Source: the human T2T-CHM13v2.0 reference genome, Homo sapiens
DNA: 64,000 bases
NCBI RefSeq assembly: GCF_009914755.1
Contig: NC_060929.1
Reading direction: 5' to 3' (one strand)
How positions within the stretch are numbered: position 1 is the first letter of the stretch; every line of letters begins with the position of its first letter. The notes under the pieces are model-generated. The model saw only the letters and a list, made by a program, of their open reading frames with translations. It was not told the origin of the DNA and ran no database searches. Positions 55,630 to 64,000 of this stretch are shown piece by piece. The position numbers were made by a program, and so were the translations under genes.

Positions 55630-58600
55630 TTTTGTGTCTTTTACATATTGTCAGTAAACAGATATTTTCTGATTTTTCATCTTTTATACCATATTCCTAT
55701 TTTTCCATTACCATGAACAGTCCTATTTATCTTAGAATTAAAGAATAAACCATTTTCCCTTACCCTCGCCAAAATATTGCTGAGGTAGGAAAAGTTTAGG
55801 TAGCAATAGAAACCTATTGCTAAAATGGTCCTTGATATATAATAAGCACTTAATGTTTCTTGAATTGTGCATCAAAAACATTTTGCGTTTGTGTAATTTT
55901 TTTCTAATAAATGATTCTACTCCATTCTGTTCTATGCTGCTGTAACAAAATGTGGGTGGGAAGAAATGGATACATTCCTATAGAGTAAAAAGTAACTGGA
56001 AAACAAGTCAAAGACCAATCACCTTCAGACTCTTGTTCCTGTTCTTACAAGCACTTTATTAACTTCTACAAAAATCTATTTGTTTTGGTGTTGTGATAAT
56101 CCTTATCTGGGTCCTGCTCAAAAATAGTGGCCAGTGTAGAAAGACCTCCCCTATGAGGACTACAACAGATTCTCTATCCTCAAGTGAGCTAGGTGAGGCA
56201 AATATAAACGGTCAGAATCTTTTTGTGACCATAATTTGGCAATGTGTAGTTCCAATGAGTACAGCTATCCTCTGCCTGGAAGAGAGAAATACTCACCCTA
56301 CTGAATGGAAGGCTGAATGGAAGGTCTCTCCCCAAGTTGGGTCAGTTCCCTTGACCACAGCAGATGGCCAAAGACCCCAGTTTTCATCATTTTGAAAGAG
56401 TATAGCTGGGGTAGTCACCAGTGGACATTTGAGAAGCCTTATCTGTGTGCACACAGTCAGAAACCAGAACATGATTCAGCCCTCACTAAAGACTCTCTAT
56501 ATAGGGAAGAACATGATTTGAAGGAGATTGCTGTCTCCTCCAAACTGGGTGACTCCCATGCATGTCTTTCCACCATAAGTCACATTTTCTTACTATCTGA
56601 AGTTTGAGCTCAAATGGCTGCATCTGTTTGAGTACTGTACCATCATTGAATAATGAGGATTATTTTAGACCATAGCATGCACCATAATGCAAAATCACTT
56701 GGCAAATGTTCCTTCCATAAAACAAGCCATATCAACTGTTTCTATATTCATAGATTCAATCTTTTGTTTTCTGAGGATGAAATATGTTTTAAGCTACCAA
56801 ATCTGTTCAGGCTCAGAGTGGTTTAAATTCTTCTCTAAGTTTTAGTATTAGGTTATTGCACAGCGCCATTGTAGATCTAATGTGAAAATGTGAAGCGAGT
56901 TCAGATATCTATTTAGGTGTAATCTTTCCAAAAGATATATGTGATCACACAGTTCATTCCAGGAAAGTCTTGCTTCATGTGTCAGCATTATAAAGGCATT
57001 CTCCATCTTCTGAGAGGGAAATTCTGTGGGATGTGAGGGGGAAAGAGGCAGGGAAGGAGAATGATTCAGCTGGAAAAGAAAAGAGAAAATGGGGAAGGAG
57101 GGCCGAACCAGTTCTTTGGGAACTATGCTGACTAAGGAGTGGGTACTGCCAGGAGATAAAGGAATGTAGTTGAAGGAAAATAAAAGGGACTATCCAGTCT
57201 TAGAGTTGGTGATTGGAGGGAGTGTGCATTTCAAGGTCTCCAAACCCAGGTCCAGCAGGGCCCCAGGTAGGTGAAGCAAAAAAGTAAAGTGGACACAGTG
57301 GGGCAGTGCTGTTGGGGTGAGCCCGTGCCCCTGGATCTGAAGCAGGCAGCTGCCACCCAGGCTTCATTGTTTGCTGATTCCCATGGGGAAATATTGGCCA
57401 AATGTGCCATTTTTTTTTTGGTGTGGCTTTTTCTTAAGAGAATCTATGAATTCAAGTTTACATGTGAAATACCACTATTTTTATATGTTGGCCCATAGAA
57501 AAATTTGCTGACTAAAAGTGGCTCTCAGCCATTAGTGTCTACCTCTGTTAATTACCACCTGCTTGTTTGTTCAGAATATTTGTAGATTGTTGGATGTGAA
57601 CAATTAAAGAAATGCCTGAGTGTTTTATCACTTCGAGTTTATATTAGTAACTGTGACCTTTATCACCTTCTTTCTTTGCTGCTTTCAGAATGGCACATTG
57701 TTGAGTGTTAAAACTTGTCAGTACCTGTCACATAATTAAAATAAAAAGAATACACCAAATATTGAGAAAAAAGGAAATATATTTTGGCTTTGAATTATTA
57801 ATGAAGACCAAATCTTTTTAATTAGCCTTAGGAACATGTTACACCTTTCTGGAATTGAACATAAAGAAATTATCATATTTGTTAATTTGTTCTGAAGTCA
57901 AATTGCTTGAAAGACCCTCTCTTTTGCCAAGAAGACAAATGCAAATTATCATATGGCTCACATATTACTCTCTTGCATCAAACAGGAACCATCAATCTTA
58001 TTATAATTAGGATCAAGACAAATAGCCTGTCAGGTATATAACAGAGTCTGAGGTCCACATGCATGCTAAATACTGGGCATACATATTTAACTTTACCTAA
58101 GTGAGACCCTAAGGGGAAAAAAACTTCTTAACCTACTTTCATGTTATTTATATGATTTAGTAGCTGGTAGGATTTAACTGTAAGAGAACACTGTATATGA
58201 AATATTGTCAGATGTCAATCTACACAAAAGAGTTATGGCCATTTCTAGACAACTATTTCTGAATTCCCAGCACAGTGTTCATTCTATCATCAGCTTTTTC
58301 TGCTTACAAGTGTGGAAACTATATCAAACATTTCCTTTCCAAAAGTTATTTTGTCCCTATTCTAAGACTCAAGATTTAATGTACCCCATCCATTTTTCTC
58401 CTGCCCTTTCCTTTCCCTCATCCAATAAAGTAGTCAAGTGAAAGGGAACTAAGCTGAAGGAGATTAGGGATCAAGAAATGTGGGTATTACCGCGGAGTGA
58501 TGTCTAGGGAAGAAATGTGTGCATTTGAAGGGAAACTGGATCATATGACTAACACAGAGTTTCATTAAAACTCTAAGATCTGAGATTTCTATGAAAATTT

Positions 58601-59619
58601 AATTTTTTCCTCTATAATTTCTTCTAATTATAGATTCAACATCAACATTTTAAACATCACTATTATATTGCTAATGCAATTGAATTTTTCTGGGGCTTTT
58701 GAGGACAATTGAATCCCTAACTCCTAAACTTTCATGTCCTTTAAAAATTTTATTTTTATTATTGTATTAGCCCCCAAAGAGATAGTGCACATGAGCCCAC
58801 CAATCAGTCTGCAACCACAGGCATCGCACGGCAACTTCAACCCTCCTCTCTCCCTCTCCTGCTTCAGCTGTCCCTTGTCCATGCCCACTGCCCACGAGGC
58901 CCCTTAGCACAACTTCCTTGCCATCATTCTGAAAAATCCAGGCACGGGGCTTGTCTTGAGGTGCTCTGAAAGCTTGCAGTCCCCAGAGTGGGTGGGTTAT
59001 ATAGTGAAATGTGAGTTGGCCTCTCCACCAATTCTATGCCATACTTGGTGGCCTGGGGCTTGAGAAAGTGCCACTCATAAACTTCATGTATTTCTTGTCA
59101 CTTCTGCCTCTACTCCATCTCATCAAGGTTTGAGTTTATTCTAGGGTCCAGGTGGTAAACATACCACTCAACCCGCCATCATCCTCTGCCTTTTTCTAGG
59201 TCTGTTTCCCAGCCATTTCAACTTCCTCCCTCCTCCGGGGATGAAATAGAAGCCCCCAAGCAGATAGGCGTATGCAAATACTGGTGATGGAGGTAGAGAT
59301 AGGAACAGAGCAAGTGATAAAGGAGGGAGGTGTTCTTAATGTAGGAGCGTCTCCACCCTAGCTCAGCAATCTAAGGCAAGGAATAACAGAAAGAACAGCT
59401 ATTGGGACTGTATTCCTTCCTAGATGTCTTATGAAGTCCCTTACAGGGTTTTTGTTGTGGTTTTAGACTTCAACTTTAGAGCTAAAGGTGTGCTGTATCC
59501 TACTCCTTGATATCTTGGAGAATGAGAGGCTCCCAAGAGGCACAATTACCCTTTACTGAAAGGGTGGACCCCACTATGACTGTGGATATTCTAGTGATTT
59601 GCAAGATGTAATGTGCTTC

Positions 59620-59810
59620 CACCAAAATTATGTCATTTAATCCTTTCTAACACCTCTATGTGCTGGGAATTATTATCCCTGTTTTACATATGAGGAAACT
59701 GAAGCCCTGAGAGGTGAGGTGACTTGCCTTAGTCACACAGCTTGTGAGCAACTGAGTTGGAATGAGCAGCCAGATCTCCTGACTTCTAGCCCACGATCTT
59801 GCCCACGACC
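59620..59810. mobile_element. MIR
   Basis: TTTTACATATGAGGAAACTGAAG...GACTTGCCTTAGTCACACAGCT. Confidence 0.8.
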
Positions 59811-60072
59811 CCACAGGTGCCCCTCTCCAGCCATCCTGTTATTTATTGTGAAGAATTTCTGAGTAAGCAGAGCTAGGACCAAGCAGATTCTTCTATCACT
59901 TGTAAATGGACATCTATCTCCTCCATTTTTATTTCATCATTTATCTTCAATTGGTGTTCTGATGTATTATACAGACCTGAAGCATCCAGATCACAGGAAG
60001 GACAGCAGGAAGCCCCCAGGAGCAAATCCACCATAAGGGAGAAGGGAATCTAGCACTTTGCTGTAGTTTCTA

Positions 60073-60395
60073 ATGTTACTGAACACCAGGGGTCCAGGCT
60101 AGGTCCTGATGCTCACTGCACAGAAAGCCAATCACTGAGACAATGAGTATTGACAAGGGAAGAAGGCTTTATTATATTACGGGTGACGTCAGCCAGAGAG
60201 ACGAGAGCCAGATCTCAAATCCATTCCTTCTTCCTGACTAAACTTACGGGTTTATATAGCCGCAAAGGAAAACAGGAGGGGCAAGGAAAAGGAGTTGGTC
60301 AGCAGGCAGCAGGTGTGTTTCATTGTACAAATGTAAGTTTGCTTCAATTCTATTGGCATCTGGCTTGTTGGAAAACTGGGCCAGTTTCACTGAGA
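60073..60395 (-). mobile_element. ERV1 MER4-group LTR (MER31-like)
   Basis: TGTTACTGAACACCAGGGG...CTAGGTCCTG...CACAGAAAGCCAATCACTGAGAC...GAAGAAGGCTTTATT. Confidence 0.7.
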
Positions 60396-61319
60396 GAGTG
60401 GTACTCTGGGTATATCATGGCCCCAAACTCTTCTCAGCTCAGGCCCTGGAGTGGGAACCTGTGGGTATGAATTGAACTGCTGAATCACTAAATCCTAGAG
60501 CTTTGTGGGCCAATTAACTTTGCCTCCAGACACTTGTCTAAATAACTGGAAAACACAGAAGGCAGTCTTTTCCTAATTTGCAATCTCTGGCCTGAAAACA
60601 TGGTGGGTGAGCACCATTTTCCCTAGCCTCAGCTTACAACCTATTTCCAACTTCCCTGCAACCAAAAAGGCACAATGAATGGCAGTGATGGCCAAGTCCT
60701 AGTCCGACTGATACCTCTGTAGGACAGTTAGGGCCTGAGGCTACAGATGATCAGGCCAGCTTACCATGGCAGTGAGCAACTAATGGAACCATTTAGACAC
60801 CTACCATTATTTTACAGAAATTCAACCCTGGGGTTCCTGGAGATGCCTCAAGAGATGCTGCCACCAAGCAGGAGGGGCTCAGAGCCATGGAGATCTGTGT
60901 GTGAGCTAATGCTAAAGGGCTCTGTGGCTGTGAGTACAAATGGGAAAAGCCTGAGATACTCAAGCTGCAGCTCCTCATTTGCTCTCCAGCCCTTCCCCTC
61001 TACCACCTGTAAAGCAAACATTCAAAGCTTTCTTAAAACCTGAGCAGTTACATAAAGAAGCACTTCTCTTCCAATGTATTCTCCTGAATACACACTTGAA
61101 ATTTCTCTTTCAAGACCAAATACCCCACGAAAATGGACCAAGAAGTTACCAGAGTAACATACTCGGGTCCAGTTAGCTCAAGAAAGAATAATTATAGGAT
61201 GTTTTGAGAGACTGTATTATACCATTCCCTGTTTAACTTGCAGAAGCTAATGCTGAGAGGGTTCTAGGACAGCTCTCTGTGAAGTCTTGATTCCAGCAGC
61301 TGCCTGCCTGGTATAGAGC

Positions 61320-61500
61320 AGTGTGGCTCCTAATCCTGGAGCAAATTAGAGCCCCCAGGGAGTTTTTTAACAATACTGCTACCTGGGCTCCACCCCAGAT
61401 CAATTAATTCAGAATGTCTGGAGGTGAAGCGAGGACATGATATATTTTTAAATCTCAGCAGGTGATTTGAGAATCTGCAGTAGGGATTGAGAACTACTGG
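61320..61500. mobile_element. MER5A-like
   Basis: CAGTG...CCTGGGCTCCACCCCAGATCAATTAATTCAGAAT...TTGAGAACTACTG. Confidence 0.75.
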
Positions 61501-62589
61501 TATGGAGGAAAGAGGCGAGGATTGATAATCAGAAGACCCCACTTAGAGTTTCTGCCAAGATTTCAGCTGGGTAATTTTGGTCAATTCCCTGACCACTCTT
61601 GGTTGCGGTTTTCATATCATTTCTAAGTTTCTTTTAGGCACAAAAATTTGTATGTATATTAAAGCATTGCTTATAACAGTAAAAAAAAAAAAAAAAAAAA
61701 AAGAGGAATGTTCTAAATATCCAACAGAGGATTAATTAAATAAATAACGCATACCCAGGTGCTAGAATACAGTACAAACATAAAAAATGACATTAAGTGA
61801 AACAGCAGATTATAAAATAGTTTTACTCTATGACCTCATTTTTGAAGCCAAATGAAAAAATTATGTAGATATGTATATAGTTGCAAGGATATACACCAAA
61901 ATCTTTAGTTTTTCCTTTCCTGATGAATGACTTTCATTTTGTTCTTTTTACATGTCTGTTTTCTAAATATTCTGTGGTAAATACTAAGAGAGAGAAAAAA
62001 TCTATCCACACATGTCAAACCTTGCATATCAGTCTGAAATATAGTTGTAGAAAATCTCAAAAATAATTATATCTCCATAGGTAGAGCTTTAGCTTTTATA
62101 TTTATTACGAAGATATATGCAAAAACTGGCTGCTTTGCTTGTCCTCTAGGTTACCTACAAAAATGTACTAACCTTAGACTTGTTCATCTTCCTGATTTGA
62201 AGACCGAAGATCTAGGGAGAAGACGGAGAAGGCATTTCTCCTGCAGTATTTGTTCTGGGTCCTGGCGGGGCTGCCCTCATTTCATTGGAGAGAATAATGA
62301 GAGAGGAAGCAGAAGTGAGAAAGTCAGGAGGCCAGGGAGCCAGGAGAGAAGGCTCTTGATCCGTTTTTCTTCCCTAGAGCATCCTGTGATATTTTTTGCC
62401 TGGTGTATTGGTGGTTATGAAGATAAAATAAGAGACATCAGTGAAAAAGATTAGGTCACATTTAAGCACACAATTGTTCAATAAATTTTCATTCACTCAC
62501 ACATGCCGTAACAGCTACTTAACAAACATGTGACTTCAGAGAATTATCCCCTGTGAGCCTGAGTTTCCACCCCTGAAAAAGGAAGGATA

Positions 62590-62971
<382 letters not shown>

Positions 62972-63571
62972 CTAAGCAAAACATAGAACACATAAGAAGT
63001 ATTCAATACAGGCCAGCTATTATTATTATTACAACGTATTCCAATATTCCTTAACCAAAAATACTTGCGGCATTGATAACACTTTTATTGTAATTCAGAA
63101 AAAGAGAATTATAAAAACTTATAGATTTTAGCTTTAACAATCTGGGATAGAATAAAAATAGTTTGGGAGGTTATATTTTGATTAGAAAAATGTACTTTTT
63201 TGCCATTTTAATACCAAAAAAAGAGAATTATTTCAAGTGTTTAAAAATAGTCCAAGGTCTGACACCAAAAATAGAATATTTCATTTCAGAAAGAATGCCT
63301 TAGAGAAATGACGAGCTGCTGATAAAGGAAATGACTTTGGGTTTAAAGCAAGTATTTTTCTGTTATAAAAGTGATTAGGCCTTTAGAAATGTTTTCAAAA
63401 TGATATAGAATATTCACCTCATATAATGACTGTATCTTGGCTTTTTGTCAGGCTCAAGATCCAAGAGAACCAGGACTGGGTACAGGAATGGGAGAAAAGA
63501 AACTCTAAGATATTGTTGGTTTCAGATCACAGGCTTTACTGAAATAAAAAGGTTATGAGAACAATACAAAC

Positions 63572-63750
63572 CAGTGGTTACCAAGCTTGTGATGCCCATT
63601 GGAATCGCCTGGGGAGCCTAAAAAAATGCCAATGTCTGGGTCCTACCCTCAGAGATTCTGATTTTCTTGGTCTGGGGCATGGCCTGGGTTCCAGAATTTT
63701 TAAAATACCTCCAGGTGTTTCTGATATGCAGACAAGTTTGAGAACCACTG
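63572..63750. mobile_element. MER5A
   Basis: TIRs CAGTGGTT...AACCACTG around a typical MER5A body. Confidence 0.85.
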
Positions 63751-64000
63751 GCATAGACAAGGGATCTATTTGAACAAGTATAGCCTCCAAGAAGGGCTGT
63801 CTCCCTTTCTCTTTCACCAAGACAAGTGACCAGATTCTGGATCCTTGCTGTTCTAGCTTCATGTCATCTCCCATTCTCTGTATCTCTGCTTCAGTTTTCA
63901 CAACCTTCCTTTAGTTGTGTTCCTGCATCACATGGCCAGAAAACTTCCATTTATGGCTACTTAAGAACCTCCACGGGCTGGACTTTTATACCAATTCTAT

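Noticed and set aside
55352-55657. Alu-derived ORFs (also 32606-32950, 38085-38369, 62544-62867)
   Set aside because: Standard antisense-Alu translations (MESCSVTQ...), not genes.
55801-55822. 9 bp hairpin TAGCAATAG-AAAC-CTATTGCTA
   Set aside because: Short and AT-rich; plausible by chance or as a MITE remnant, with no supporting context.
57290-57720. Repeat-free intronic stretch with E-box and SOX-like words (possible enhancer)
   Set aside because: Short motifs alone cannot support a call without conservation or chromatin data.

Overview
Primate genomic DNA, almost certainly human 5q12.3, containing the promoter, exons 1-2 and the start of intron 2 of RGS7BP (R7BP, + strand; CDS pieces 40691-40855 and 41778-41944). 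The first 19.2 kb are a nested LINE-1 pile. Two L1PA3/4-type elements (about 1-4936 on -, 11147-17351 on +) form a head-to-head inverted repeat in which base x pairs with 16080-x. The copies are about 99.8% identical over about 4.8 kb and share all but one of the disabling lesions I found, yet they have separate insertion sites and clearly different first ~140 bp. This looks like two independent L1 insertions homogenised by gene conversion or recurrent inversion, flanking a ~6.3 kb invertible spacer ~23 kb upstream of RGS7BP. Other notable signals are a short L1 3' transduction, two templated-insertion repair scars (8578-8853 and 37401-37570), open alternative reading frames across RGS7BP exons 1-2, and complementary U16/A13 tracts at the two ends of intron 1. 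The rest is ordinary interspersed repeats (Alu, MIR, L2, L1M, MaLR/ERV1 LTRs, MER5, MER53, MADE2). Subfamily calls are by eye, not RepeatMasker, and most repeat boundaries are approximate.
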